NCBI GenBank assembly: GCA_965219095.1
Contig: CBDCMT010000001.1
Coordinates: 480,001 to 544,000, forward strand
Source: Bdellovibrionales bacterium
GTDB lineage: Bacteria; Bdellovibrionota; Bdellovibrionia; Bdellovibrionales; UBA1609
Length of the DNA stretch: 64,000 nucleotides
Direction of reading: 5' to 3'
The translations under genes were made by a program, and so were the position numbers. Below are positions 1 to 10,221 of this stretch, one piece after another. The notes under the pieces were generated by a model, which worked only from the letters and a program-made list of their open reading frames with translations, made no database searches and had not been told where the DNA came from. Position 1 is the stretch's first letter. Every line of letters starts with the position of its first letter.

Positions 1-305
1 CTTTCTTTCTTTCTTTTGTTCATTTTCTTATGGAATAATCATAAGTTAGAGAAGATTGTCACACTTGATCCTAGAATGTCCAAGATAACTATCTAATTTC
101 TCTAGAATAACTTGAAGATAAGTCTAAAAATAACTAAAGAATAGTTTTAGATCAACTCTGTAAATTTTACACAGCCACTAGAAAAGTTGACCTTTTAAGT
201 CATAAAAGCATATTGTAATCATTTATATTTTCAATTATTATATTTTACATTATAGCAGAGGAAGTCAATAAAAAATAATAGGGTCAATTTTTTAAGGTTA
301 GTTCT

Positions 306-1883
306 ATGTTTCAAAAACGATTTTTTATATTTATTATTTTTTTTACTTGGTTTCATTCTAGTTTTTCTAATAATAAGCTTAATGAAAATAAAGAATCTCG
401 ATCTTTTTTTATTGAAGATTCTTTAATCTTTCAAATACTGACTAGCTCTCATTCTGTTAATCATTTTTTATCTCAACTCAAAAATAATGTTGGTACAAGG
501 TATTTTTTGGAAGAAAATTTTATACCTGTATGGAGTTCTTCAAGCTTACAAAAAAGTCAGCCCCACTGTCCTCGAATGCTTATGTATAATAAGACAGGGA
601 CTCTTATCTTGTCTGTTGTGGATTGCAAAGAACATAGAGAAAAAGGTGGAAACGATATAGAGATTGTGCAATGGAATTCTAGGGAAAAGACTTATGATTT
701 ATGGTCAGTGAATTATCCTCCATCAGAAGAGACTGTTATAAATCCAAGTTCAAATCTTTTAGCTAATCCACATATTTCTTCTAAGAACCCTCAAAAATGT
801 ATGAGCTGTCATACAGGGGGAATTGCTATAGGAGTTTATGATCCCTTCTCATTTCCCAACAGTGAAGTAGGTTGGTGGCTTAAAATGTTGAATCAATTTT
901 ATCGTAAAAAAAACAAACTAAAACGTTATTCTTTTTTTAATTTCAAAGCCCATCTTGAAGGTTATCATGATAAAGTAGGGAATTTTCCTTTAGAAACTCC
1001 TTTATCTCGGTTTAATTTTCTTATTGCTCCTAACAACCATGTCCGCACTATTCACGGAATGAAAATTTTTTTGGATAAAGCTCGCAAAGAAGCCTTTCAA
1101 GAAGAAAGAATTCCTATTTATGATGAGCTAAAATATGCTATTTTAGCAGCTCTAAGTGATTGTTCTAATTACTCTCATATGATCTCTAAAAAAAGTTTTA
1201 ATGAAACTCCCTATACAGAGGAAAAAATTAAAGAAAAAGTAAGAGAAAAAGGAGAGTCTAGGTTATTTCCGAAAGAGAAGAGAGCCTTTCGTCTACATAA
1301 TCACATCCATAAAAGGATTGGAAGTCATAGAGTTTTACGTTCATCTAATCATCCCATCAATACTTTTGAAGAAAAATTTTACAGTTACACACAAGCTCTA
1401 GCTGTTAAGAATATTTACTATGTGTTTCTTTATTACACAAGCTCTAGTTCTGAAGCTTGGACCCATCTCACTACGCCTTCATATGAAAAAAATCTAATGG
1501 GAGTAGAAAAAGCTCTTCTTCTCATTAATTTAAACCCCATTAAAATGAGTTGGCATAGAGCTTGGTCTGCTGCTGAAATTGCAAACAAAATGATAGAAAG
1601 CGATCCTGAACTTCAGGAACTTAAGACAATGCCCAGTAAATCTGATTGGACCGTTCTAGATTATTTAAAAATAAAAAGTGGCCTAATTCCTAAAAATAAA
1701 AATATCAGTCTCTGGAAAAAAGTAAGTCAAATTCCTAGTGATGATTTTGATGAAAAGCAGAAAATCCTTCAAAAAGAAGAAGATGTGTTTAAACACCATT
1801 GTTCTAAAATCCACTCCCTTTATCAAAAAGCTTGTGAAAAGAACAAAGATTTTTTCTGTTACAAATATCAGAAATCGTTATAA
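306..1883 (+). CDS. Exported hypothetical protein with one CxxCH motif (possible c-type cytochrome)
   Basis: Hydrophobic N-terminal signal-like segment; single CMSCH motif. Confidence 0.5.
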   Translation: MFQKRFFIFIIFFTWFHSSFSNNKLNENKESRSFFIEDSLIFQILTSSHSVNHFLSQLKNNVGTRYFLEENFIPVWSSSSLQKSQPHCPRMLMYNKTGTLILSVVDCKEHREKGGNDIEIVQWNSREKTYDLWSVNYPPSEETVINPSSNLLANPHISSKNPQKCMSCHTGGIAIGVYDPFSFPNSEVGWWLKMLNQFYRKKNKLKRYSFFNFKAHLEGYHDKVGNFPLETPLSRFNFLIAPNNHVRTIHGMKIFLDKARKEAFQEERIPIYDELKYAILAALSDCSNYSHMISKKSFNETPYTEEKIKEKVREKGESRLFPKEKRAFRLHNHIHKRIGSHRVLRSSNHPINTFEEKFYSYTQALAVKNIYYVFLYYTSSSSEAWTHLTTPSYEKNLMGVEKALLLINLNPIKMSWHRAWSAAEIANKMIESDPELQELKTMPSKSDWTVLDYLKIKSGLIPKNKNISLWKKVSQIPSDDFDEKQKILQKEEDVFKHHCSKIHSLYQKACEKNKDFFCYKYQKSL

Positions 1884-1891
1884 GTCTATTA

Positions 1892-1916
1892 TACCAATTA
1901 CAGAAATTAATTCGAC
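1892..1916. mobile_element. Isolated terminal inverted repeat of IS630 lineage A
   Basis: TACCAATTACAGAAATTAATTCGAC preceded by TA, identical to the IS630-A right end (17835-17859 rc; 49894). Confidence 0.8.
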
Positions 1917-2128
1917 GGTAAATCAAAAAGACAGGTCACTGGTTTAAGCCATGATAGTGACCCTAAAGTACTTGCAGAAGGAGGTGAACTTGTCGAGACA
2001 AATTCTAAACCCTTTAGCTGGCCTGGTTTTTAAGGCCTCAAAGGGTGTTTTCCCTTTTTTTCGATTAAGCCTGTGTTTTTGTGAAGGCTTACTCGAAAAA
2101 AAGGAAAAAGTAAAAAAAAGATGTAAAA
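1916..2128 (+). ncRNA. Orphan copy of the IS110 upstream non-coding end (candidate bridge-RNA-like structured RNA)
   Basis: Close match to 42033-42241, which precedes an IS110 transposase; several stem-loops. Confidence 0.45.
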
Positions 2129-2197
2129 ACAGATTCTTTTGAAATAATAACCGGTCTTTTTTTAAAAAAAGTTTTTCATAATCATTAGCCATTAAAA

Positions 2198-3358
2198 CTA
2201 TCTTTTTAAAGCCTTAGGATTTACAGCTGTTTGTAGTCCGTCTCCTATAAAATTAAAGGCAATAACTAAAATAAAGATCATAAGTCCTGGAAAGATCGCT
2301 AAAAAAGGAGCTTCGTAAATGATCTCTTGTGCATTAAAAAGCATGCGTCCCCAACTAGGAGTAGGAGGTTGTATCCCTAATCCTAGAAAGCTTAGGGCTG
2401 CTTCTAACAAAATCACTTGTCCTACGCTTAGAGTAATAGCAACGACAAGGGGAGCTAGGACATTAGGTAAAAGATGATGAATTAAAATATGTGTTTGAGA
2501 GGCCCCTAGAGTTTGTGATACAAGAATAAAGTCTCTTTGCTTTAGAGTTAAAACTTCACTTCTTACAATTCTAGCTACCGTCATCCAAGAAAAAAGACAG
2601 AGAATAAGGATCATTTTAAAAATACTCTCATTTTGAGTGAACCCAGACAAGAAAGAAATTTTACTTAAATCTATAGCTGAAACAAAAATCAAGAGAGGAA
2701 TTTGCGGTATGGATAAGAAAGCATCAGTAAATCTCATAAGGAGGTTATCTAAAAGACCTTTCGATAAGCCTGCAAACACTCCTATTAAAAGCCCTATAAA
2801 AGCTGAAAATAAAGTTACACAAAGGGCAACGCCTATAGAGACCCTTGAACCATAAATAAGACGGATGAAAACATCTCTACCTAATTCATCTGTTCCTAAA
2901 AGGTGAAAGGTTGTAAAATTATGCTTTAAAGACAAAAGGGGTTGTAGTGCTTTATATTGAAGAGCTTTTTTAAAAAAGCTCTCCTCCTCTAAGTTTGTCA
3001 TGAATGTAAAAATGTCTTTTTCAGTTCCAGAGGGTTTTATAAGATTTGTTTTTCTTAATTCAGAAAGGAGAACTTTGACTTTATTGGGATTTCTGAAAAG
3101 AAAGTCTCTAATTTTTTTTTCTTTTTTCTCTTTTGAGATCTCTAAGGTAGTAAAAGGTTTCCTATAGCGTTCAAAAACATTTTGTTCATGGGGGTTAAGC
3201 CCTGTGACATGAGAGATCTGATAAGCTCCTAAAGCCATGATTATAAAGAAAGCTACAATGATAAGGCTTATGGTAGCTAGTTTATGGCCTAAAAACTGCT
3301 CTGCCATAAGAGAGAGTAAGGATTTCGAAAAATGCTTGTTTACTTTCTTATTTTTCAT
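2198..3358 (-). CDS. oppC: Oligopeptide/dipeptide ABC transporter permease
   Basis: HLLGTDELGRD motif, EAA-like loop, LSFLGLGIQPPTPSWG. Confidence 0.9.
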   Translation of the reverse strand: MKNKKVNKHFSKSLLSLMAEQFLGHKLATISLIIVAFFIIMALGAYQISHVTGLNPHEQNVFERYRKPFTTLEISKEKKEKKIRDFLFRNPNKVKVLLSELRKTNLIKPSGTEKDIFTFMTNLEEESFFKKALQYKALQPLLSLKHNFTTFHLLGTDELGRDVFIRLIYGSRVSIGVALCVTLFSAFIGLLIGVFAGLSKGLLDNLLMRFTDAFLSIPQIPLLIFVSAIDLSKISFLSGFTQNESIFKMILILCLFSWMTVARIVRSEVLTLKQRDFILVSQTLGASQTHILIHHLLPNVLAPLVVAITLSVGQVILLEAALSFLGLGIQPPTPSWGRMLFNAQEIIYEAPFLAIFPGLMIFILVIAFNFIGDGLQTAVNPKALKR

Positions 3359-3374
3359 TTTTATGTTTCATTAA

Positions 3375-4340
3375 TTAGTAAGTAATTCTTGGGTCTAAAA
3401 AAGCATAAATTATATCGACTATTAAACTTACAATTAAGACCATGGATACAGAGATCATAAAGCTGACCATAGCTAAGTTATAGTCGTTTCCTATAATGGC
3501 TTGATAGATCAAGTAGCCCACACCTTGATAAGAGAAAACAGTTTCTGTAATGATAGAACCAGAGAAGATAAAAGAAAAATTAACTCCTATGACAGTGACG
3601 ATGGGCAAAAGAGCGTTTCTTAGTTGATGTTTTAAAATAATGTTGATAGGACGGATTCCTTTAGCTCTTGCTGTCCTTACAAAGTCAGCTTTTAAAATCT
3701 CTAACATAGCCCCTCTTATGTAACGTACAAAAGAGCCTACTTGTAAAAGAGTTAGGGAAAGTACAGGTAAAACAAGGTAATACACCCTATCTTTAAAAGC
3801 TCCATAGCCTACAAGATTTTCTCCTAGGGTTTGTGTCCCTCCTGCAGGAAGCCATTTAAGCCATACACCAAAGATGATAATCAGTAAAATGGCTAAAAAG
3901 AAAGAAGGAATGGAAATGCCAGCAAAGGAAAATAAATTGATTACATAATCTATATTTTTACCATTTTTAAGACTGGCCCAGACCCCTAAGGGGAAAGCCA
4001 TAAGAACGGCTAAAATAAGAGCTGACATGGAAAGGTAAAAAGTGTTCAAAAGGCGATCCCATATGATATTTTCTACAGGAATTTGATAGGTTCTTGAGTA
4101 CCCTAGGTCTCCTGAGAGAATGTTTTTAAGCCAGCTGAAGTAACGTAAATAAGAGGGTCTATCTAGTCCATAAATTTTTTTTAATCTTGCAATATCCTCT
4201 GAGGTGATTTTGGGGTTGCTACTGATAAGAATGTCAAGAGGATCTCCTGGCATAAGAAGAAGCAAATAGTAGCAAAAAAAAGACAATAAGAAGATTGTTA
4301 AAATAATTTGTAAAAACCTTCTTATCAAATAGGTTTTCAC
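3375..4340 (-). CDS. oppB: Oligopeptide/dipeptide ABC transporter permease
   Basis: MPGDP, GDLGYS, DFVRTARAKG, HQLRNALLP motifs. Confidence 0.9.
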   Translation of the reverse strand: MKTYLIRRFLQIILTIFLLSFFCYYLLLLMPGDPLDILISSNPKITSEDIARLKKIYGLDRPSYLRYFSWLKNILSGDLGYSRTYQIPVENIIWDRLLNTFYLSMSALILAVLMAFPLGVWASLKNGKNIDYVINLFSFAGISIPSFFLAILLIIIFGVWLKWLPAGGTQTLGENLVGYGAFKDRVYYLVLPVLSLTLLQVGSFVRYIRGAMLEILKADFVRTARAKGIRPINIILKHQLRNALLPIVTVIGVNFSFIFSGSIITETVFSYQGVGYLIYQAIIGNDYNLAMVSFMISVSMVLIVSLIVDIIYAFLDPRITY

Positions 4341-6061
4341 CTTGTTTCAAACCTCCAGCTTTCAATGAAGTTTGTAGGGCTAAACTGATTTCCATTTAGA
4401 GCATAACCTGTAAGTCCTGTAGGTGTAACACTAATGTCTGATCGGTAATAAAGGGGGATTACAGGAACTTCGTCTGTATAATAGTAAAGAATTTTGTGAG
4501 AGATTTCCTTTCTTTTGTTAAAATCGAATTCAAGTTCAAGTTGATCGATTAAACGATCCACCTCTTTATGAGACCATTTAGGATAGTTTTGTCCTGAAAA
4601 GCCATTTTGAGAAGAAGGAATACTTTTTGAATGAAGTTGTGAACGAGGACTACTTTCAGGAGATGATAGCCAAGCGTACATTGTTAAAGTAGGCTTATCT
4701 TTAAGCCGTCTTTTAATAGTTGCACCAAAAAAAACTTTAGCGACTTCATTTTTTATTTGCACATCGATACCCACTTCTTTCCATTCTTTTTGTAAAAACA
4801 CTTCTACTAGTTCACGGGTTTTATCACCTGCTGTACTCATAATAGTGAGGTTTAATTTTTTGCCGTTTCTGTAACGATAAGAATCCTTTCCTAAATGCCA
4901 GCCAGCTTCATCGAGAAGCTTTTTCGCTTTTTTCTTTGAAGTGGGATAAAGAACAATCTTGCTGGAATCCTTTGTAAACCAAGGATCATTAGGGGAGAGG
5001 TTATGGATTGCTTTTTGCTGAATGTTGTCAAAGAGAGCTTTTGTTAACTGATCTCTATCGATAGAATAAACAAGAGCTTTTCTTAACTTTTTATTTTTTA
5101 AAATAGGATTCGTTAAGTTCAAATCAATATGCTCATAAATCAAACTGGAGCGGATATTAACATTGTAGGGTAGGTTATTTTTAGCGACTTTCTTTTTAAA
5201 CTGTAAAGCTTGGTCGAGTTTAAAACCTATAAAAGAAAGCATATCAATGGTGTTTGAACGTAAGTTGGCTTCAAGAGTTGCTGTGTTAGGGATGATTTTG
5301 ATGATGATTTTTTTAAAATAAGGTTTTTTGCCATAGAAATGGGGATTTTCTTCCACAGTCACATGGCTTCCCCGTTTCATTTCTGTAATTTTATAAGGAC
5401 CGTTATAAAGACCTGGTTGCGTATAATCAGAAGCGTATTTTGAGTTTTTAGAATAACCTTCTGGTTTTTTTCCATACTTCTTTACAATTTCTTCTTCCAT
5501 ATGCTGAGGTAAAAGACGAAATTGTCCAAGTTGGTTATAATCCCATTTTGCTTTTTTAAAGAAAAAAGTGAATTTTTTAGAATTGGTCGGGGCTACAAAT
5601 ATTTTTTCTATTTGAGAATAAAGCTCCCTTTCCCCAATAGCAACAGTATCTAAAAGTGCTGTCTTCCAAGTAAATACCACATCATGACCTGTTACAGGAG
5701 TCCCATCACCCCACTTAATCTCATCTAGAATTTCAAAATGAGCTTTGATTTTTTTAACCCCTTCTTCATAGAAAAATTCAGCCTTTTTATTCTTTAACGT
5801 GGGGATTTGTTTGATGATTTGAGGGACCCATTCGTTTTGAGAGTTTAAAACCATAAGTCCTCGGTTCACCATAGCACTGATGTAAGTGGCTGCGGACATT
5901 TGCATGAGAATAGGATTCATGCTGTCAAACTCTTGGGTAATGCCAATTCGTAAGACATTATGTTGTTGAGCTTTTACTTTGATGGCTTGAGAGTCTTCTT
6001 TTTGAGAAGACGTACAGGCTATAAAACTCAAAAATATTAGTAATGGTATGATTTTTTTCAT
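4337..6061 (-). CDS. oppA: Peptide ABC transporter substrate-binding lipoprotein (family 5)
   Basis: Start moved to MKKII with GGAGG RBS; lipobox FIAC; KWGDGTPVTGHDV and NGPYK motifs. Confidence 0.88.
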   Translation of the reverse strand: MKKIIPLLIFLSFIACTSSQKEDSQAIKVKAQQHNVLRIGITQEFDSMNPILMQMSAATYISAMVNRGLMVLNSQNEWVPQIIKQIPTLKNKKAEFFYEEGVKKIKAHFEILDEIKWGDGTPVTGHDVVFTWKTALLDTVAIGERELYSQIEKIFVAPTNSKKFTFFFKKAKWDYNQLGQFRLLPQHMEEEIVKKYGKKPEGYSKNSKYASDYTQPGLYNGPYKITEMKRGSHVTVEENPHFYGKKPYFKKIIIKIIPNTATLEANLRSNTIDMLSFIGFKLDQALQFKKKVAKNNLPYNVNIRSSLIYEHIDLNLTNPILKNKKLRKALVYSIDRDQLTKALFDNIQQKAIHNLSPNDPWFTKDSSKIVLYPTSKKKAKKLLDEAGWHLGKDSYRYRNGKKLNLTIMSTAGDKTRELVEVFLQKEWKEVGIDVQIKNEVAKVFFGATIKRRLKDKPTLTMYAWLSSPESSPRSQLHSKSIPSSQNGFSGQNYPKWSHKEVDRLIDQLELEFDFNKRKEISHKILYYYTDEVPVIPLYYRSDISVTPTGLTGYALNGNQFSPTNFIESWRFETR

Positions 6062-6081
6062 TTTTTCCTCCTTTTTTATTT

Positions 6082-7044
6082 TTATTTGTTGAGTAAACAT
6101 GCTGATTGATGCTTTGGTTTTATTGTTTTGAGTTGTGGTATTTCTTTTTCACATTGTTTTATTTTTTCAGGACAGCGAGTATGAAATACACAACCTCTAG
6201 GTATATCAACAGGACTGGGTACATCTCCTTTTAAAAGTTGCCTGTGGAAAATTTTTCCTGTACCTAAACGAGGCATAGCTTTTAATAGGGCTTTGCTATA
6301 AGGATGGAGTGTTTCAGAAAAGAAACTCTTTTCGGAAGATAACTCCATAACTTTTCCTAAATACATAACAGCAATATCATCACACATATGTTTTATAACA
6401 GAAAGATCATGAGAAATGAAGATAAAAGATAAGTTGAGACCCTCCTGTAAATTTTTAAGAAGATTTAAAATCTGAGCTTGAATGGATACATCTAAGGCAC
6501 TTACAGGTTCATCACAAATGATGATTTCCGGCTTCAAGGCAATGGCTCTTGCAATACCGATTCTCTGCTTTTGACCTCCTGAAAATTCATGAGGATAACG
6601 GTTAAGAGAGTAAGCGTTTAAACCCACAAGCTCTAAAAGTTTCACCACTTCGTCTTTTCTTTGCTGATAGGAGCCAATTTTATGGATTTTAAGAGGCTCT
6701 TCAATAATATATCCCACTGTCATGCGGGGGTTCAATGATCCTGCAGGATTTTGAAAGATCATTTGCATTTTCTTTTTTAAAGCTGTTCTTTCTAAAGGAC
6801 TCATTGAAAAGATGTCTTCTCCTCGATAAAGAATTTCCCCTTCTGTGGGTTGGTAAATTTGAGAAATCACACGAGCAAGAGTGGATTTTCCACAACCACT
6901 CTCTCCTACAATTCCTAAAGTTTTACTTTCCTTCAATGAAAGACTTACATCATTAACTGCTTTTACCCATCCTGTGGTTTTAGAAAAAAAACCTGATTTG
7001 ACAGGAAAGAATTTTTTAAGCCTTTTTATTTCTAGAATATTCAT
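6082..7044 (-). CDS. oppF: Peptide ABC transporter ATP-binding subunit
   Basis: GESGCGKST, YPHEFSGGQKQR, C-terminal CxFHTRC. Confidence 0.9.
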   Translation of the reverse strand: MNILEIKRLKKFFPVKSGFFSKTTGWVKAVNDVSLSLKESKTLGIVGESGCGKSTLARVISQIYQPTEGEILYRGEDIFSMSPLERTALKKKMQMIFQNPAGSLNPRMTVGYIIEEPLKIHKIGSYQQRKDEVVKLLELVGLNAYSLNRYPHEFSGGQKQRIGIARAIALKPEIIICDEPVSALDVSIQAQILNLLKNLQEGLNLSFIFISHDLSVIKHMCDDIAVMYLGKVMELSSEKSFFSETLHPYSKALLKAMPRLGTGKIFHRQLLKGDVPSPVDIPRGCVFHTRCPEKIKQCEKEIPQLKTIKPKHQSACLLNK

Positions 7045-8012
7045 GCCTTTCCTCTATGAAAACAAGCTACTGAGTGAGTGTCGGTGATTTTTTCTAAAGG
7101 AGGAAGAGAGTGGCATAAAGAGCTTTTTTTAGGACATCTGTTTTGAAAGGGACAGCCTTTAATTTCTTCAAACAAGGAGGGGACTTGTCCTTTGATAGTG
7201 AAGAGTTTTTTAGCTTTAGCTTTGTTGATATGGGGAATGGATTCTAAAAGAGCTATAGTATAAGGATGTTGAGGGGAGTTAAAAATCTCATCTGTAGTGG
7301 AAATTTCACAAGCTCTTCCTGCATACATCACCAAAACTCTATCAGCGATTTCTGATATCACACCTAAATCATGGGTTATAAACTGAATGGATGTGTTTTG
7401 CGTTTTTTGTAAATTTTGGATGAGTTCTAAAATTTGAGCCTGAATGGTTACATCTAAGGCTGTAGTAGGTTCATCAGCAATGAGGAGTTCTGGATTGGAT
7501 AGAAAAGCCATAGCAATCATAGCCCTTTGTCTCATACCACCTGAAAGTTGGTGAGGGTAGTTATCATATCTTTTTAAAGGATCGGGAAGCCCTACTTTAT
7601 TGATCATATCCACTACCCGATCTTTGAGTTCTGAAGGCTTCAGAGAGGAACGTTCTTGAAGCCCTTCTCCTATTTGCTTTCCAATAGTCATTACAGGGTT
7701 TAAGGCTGTCATAGGCTCTTGAAAGATCATAGACATCTTTTTCCCTCTTAGTTTGTTTCTTTGTTTTTCTGTCATAGAAAGCAAATTCTTTTTTTGGAAC
7801 AAGATTTTTCCCTTTGTGATCTCACCTGGCTCTTCTAAAAGACCCATCACAGAAAGAGAGGCAACCGATTTTCCACAACCGCTCTCTCCTACAATTCCTA
7901 ACAACTCCCCTTTTTGAATGTTGTAGGAAAGGTCCTTTACAGCATGGAGATCTCCAAGTTTGGTGTGAAAGGTTGTTCGTAGCTGAAATACTTCAAGAAC
8001 AGCTTCACTCAT
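7041..8012 (-). CDS. oppD: Peptide ABC transporter ATP-binding subunit
   Basis: GESGCGKS, YPHQLSGGMRQR; start at 8012 gives ATGA overlap with the upstream gene. Confidence 0.9.
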   Translation of the reverse strand: MSEAVLEVFQLRTTFHTKLGDLHAVKDLSYNIQKGELLGIVGESGCGKSVASLSVMGLLEEPGEITKGKILFQKKNLLSMTEKQRNKLRGKKMSMIFQEPMTALNPVMTIGKQIGEGLQERSSLKPSELKDRVVDMINKVGLPDPLKRYDNYPHQLSGGMRQRAMIAMAFLSNPELLIADEPTTALDVTIQAQILELIQNLQKTQNTSIQFITHDLGVISEIADRVLVMYAGRACEISTTDEIFNSPQHPYTIALLESIPHINKAKAKKLFTIKGQVPSLFEEIKGCPFQNRCPKKSSLCHSLPPLEKITDTHSVACFHRGKA

Positions 8013-8764
8013 GGAAGATAAGTTCCTATAACTTGAAGTGGTTTTTGGCTTCCCTTTGGGCTCACCCATACAATTAAAGCCATTTTTTTAATTTTTTTCA
8101 AACGCTTTCTATGGGTTTTTTTTAAAAAATAAGTTCTAGGAGCTGTTTTTTGTAAAGTTTTTTTTTCAAAAGATAGGACTACAAAATCATTTTTGAGCTT
8201 TACTCCCTTGTTTTCTCCTTTAAGGGGGGTGTTTTTGAGTCCAAAACCTACATAAGCACTATAGAGTATGAACTGTTGTGTTTTAATGTTTAAAGAAGGC
8301 TTGAAAAGAGTTTCAAAGGAGAAGTTTTTGTAAGTTATAAGCTTTAAAACACCAACTTTTTTCTTGCTTTTTTTGGGTAAAGCCCTCAAACGCCACCAGA
8401 AGCGCTCCTCTCCATTGAACAAAATTTGTGGTGTAAAAAGACTTGATTTTTTTCTTTCACGGGCTATATGTTTTTGCCTTTTTGCGTAAAGAGGGGAACT
8501 AAAAGGATCTTTCCAGCCCAGATAATCCCAATAATCTACATGAAAAGCCACAGGAAAGTAGATTCTAAAAAGTTTAGGGTTTTTTTCTAACTGGGAAAGC
8601 CATGCTTCTGCAGAAGGACAAGAACTACAGCCCTGAGATGTATAAAGTTCAATGAGAGTGTTCTGTGTTTCAGGACTTTTGACAACTTCAGCTCCTAAGC
8701 CAGCAATTCCATTTTTAAAGAAAAAACATAAGAAGACTAAAATTTTTAGAATATTAGAATTCAT
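8009..8764 (-). CDS. DUF1223-type thioredoxin-like exported protein
   Basis: ELYTSQGCSSCP and FHVDYWDYLGWKDPF motifs. Confidence 0.85.
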   Translation of the reverse strand: MNSNILKILVFLCFFFKNGIAGLGAEVVKSPETQNTLIELYTSQGCSSCPSAEAWLSQLEKNPKLFRIYFPVAFHVDYWDYLGWKDPFSSPLYAKRQKHIARERKKSSLFTPQILFNGEERFWWRLRALPKKSKKKVGVLKLITYKNFSFETLFKPSLNIKTQQFILYSAYVGFGLKNTPLKGENKGVKLKNDFVVLSFEKKTLQKTAPRTYFLKKTHRKRLKKIKKMALIVWVSPKGSQKPLQVIGTYLP

Positions 8765-8814
8765 ACTTAAAGCTATTTTTCATCTTTTTTTGCATTTTAT
8801 TTTTATCTTCCTTT

Positions 8815-10125
8815 CTAACTTTTACCCCTCCCTTTGAGAGATTTTATATTAGTTATGAGGGTTTTCAAATCAGAAAGCTTATAGATAGTTTGTTTTTTTG
8901 AATACATCTCTTTTAGTGCTACTTCTTTTTGAGAAAACTCTCTTTCTCCTAAGATGAGAGTAAAGTGTGCTTTGTTTTTATGAGCCTTTTTTAGCTCTTC
9001 AAAGATGCTGTTTTCTTTTAAACTAAGGGCTACTTTTAGACCTTCTTTACGTAATTGATAAGCTATTTTTTGTATCAAATTATAGTTTTTTAAATCTATA
9101 CAAGCCATCCAAACGTCAACTCCTTGATCCAAAGAGGGAAGAAGTCTGTGGGATTCAAGAAAGTTCTGTAAAGTCACATCTCCTAGACCAAAGCCTATAC
9201 CTGATAGCTTTCTTGAGCTAAAAAGTTCTATAAGGTGATCGTAGCGCCCTCCTCCAAAAAGAGCTCTTAGATTATCTTTAGAATGATCAAAAGCTTCAAA
9301 CACAAGGCCTGTGTAATAGTCCATACCTCTGAAAACAGACGTATCTAACTGAAAGGCATAAGAAATCTCTAAGTTCTCTAAAGTTTTTATGATTCTTTGA
9401 AGTTGTTCTGCACCAGGACATTTGTAGGTTTTAAGCTTTTCAAAAGACAAAGAAAAAAAACTTTCTAGATCATCAATTTGAGTTTTTGAAAGATTGAAGA
9501 CCTCAAGACCTTCTTGATATTCTTCTTCTGTAAGTTTTTTCTTACGATCAAGAAACCTTGTTATGGAGGGGATTTGAGAGTTTGTAAGTTTGAGTTTTTT
9601 TGAAAAGAAAAAGTCTGTAAGATTTTTATGATTGATATGAATTGTGAAATGATCCTTTCCTCCAAAGGCGTTTAAAGATGCATGAGCCATCTGAAGAATT
9701 TCTATATCAGCTAGCAAAAAATCCCCCCCTAAAAGGTCAATGTTAAACTGCCAATGCTCTCTAAGACGCCCTCTCTGAGGTCGTTCGTAACGCCATAGGT
9801 TGGGAAAACTGAACCAGCGGATAGGAAGAGGAAGTGTGTGGAGTTTTTGAGCCACCATTCGGGCCATAGTAGGAGTCATTTCAGGTCTGATAGCTACTTT
9901 TCTTTTTTTACGATCCAAAAACCAATAAAGTTGATTTTTTACAATCTCTTCTCCTGTTTTTGCAGCATAGAGATCAAAAGATTCTAAAAGAGGTCCGTTG
10001 TATTCACTGTAGCCAAAATTTTGAGCTACTTGACGTAATTTTTCAAACATATACCGGTGCAAGACCATTTGTTCTGGATAAAAGTCCCTTGTGCCTTTAT
10101 AGGGTTTTGTAGAAAGAGAGTCCAT
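8815..10125 (-). CDS. hisS: Histidyl-tRNA synthetase
   Basis: KGTRDF, RPEMT, RYERPQRGRLREH, RGMDYYTG, GGGRYD. Confidence 0.96.
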   Translation of the reverse strand: MDSLSTKPYKGTRDFYPEQMVLHRYMFEKLRQVAQNFGYSEYNGPLLESFDLYAAKTGEEIVKNQLYWFLDRKKRKVAIRPEMTPTMARMVAQKLHTLPLPIRWFSFPNLWRYERPQRGRLREHWQFNIDLLGGDFLLADIEILQMAHASLNAFGGKDHFTIHINHKNLTDFFFSKKLKLTNSQIPSITRFLDRKKKLTEEEYQEGLEVFNLSKTQIDDLESFFSLSFEKLKTYKCPGAEQLQRIIKTLENLEISYAFQLDTSVFRGMDYYTGLVFEAFDHSKDNLRALFGGGRYDHLIELFSSRKLSGIGFGLGDVTLQNFLESHRLLPSLDQGVDVWMACIDLKNYNLIQKIAYQLRKEGLKVALSLKENSIFEELKKAHKNKAHFTLILGEREFSQKEVALKEMYSKKQTIYKLSDLKTLITNIKSLKGRGKS

Positions 10126-10221
10126 AATTAAAAAATTATAAGAAAATCATATATTTTGCAATTCTTTTGTAGGAATTTAAGCCTATTGCTGTTATTCTTT
10201 TACTTGTAAAAGGGAGGAAGT

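Noticed and set aside
1738..2192. Short ORFs 1738-1947, 1944-2192 and 1951-2142, and other 60-130 aa ORFs antisense or overlapping known genes or IS
   Set aside because: Shadow frames over real genes or non-coding repeats with no motifs
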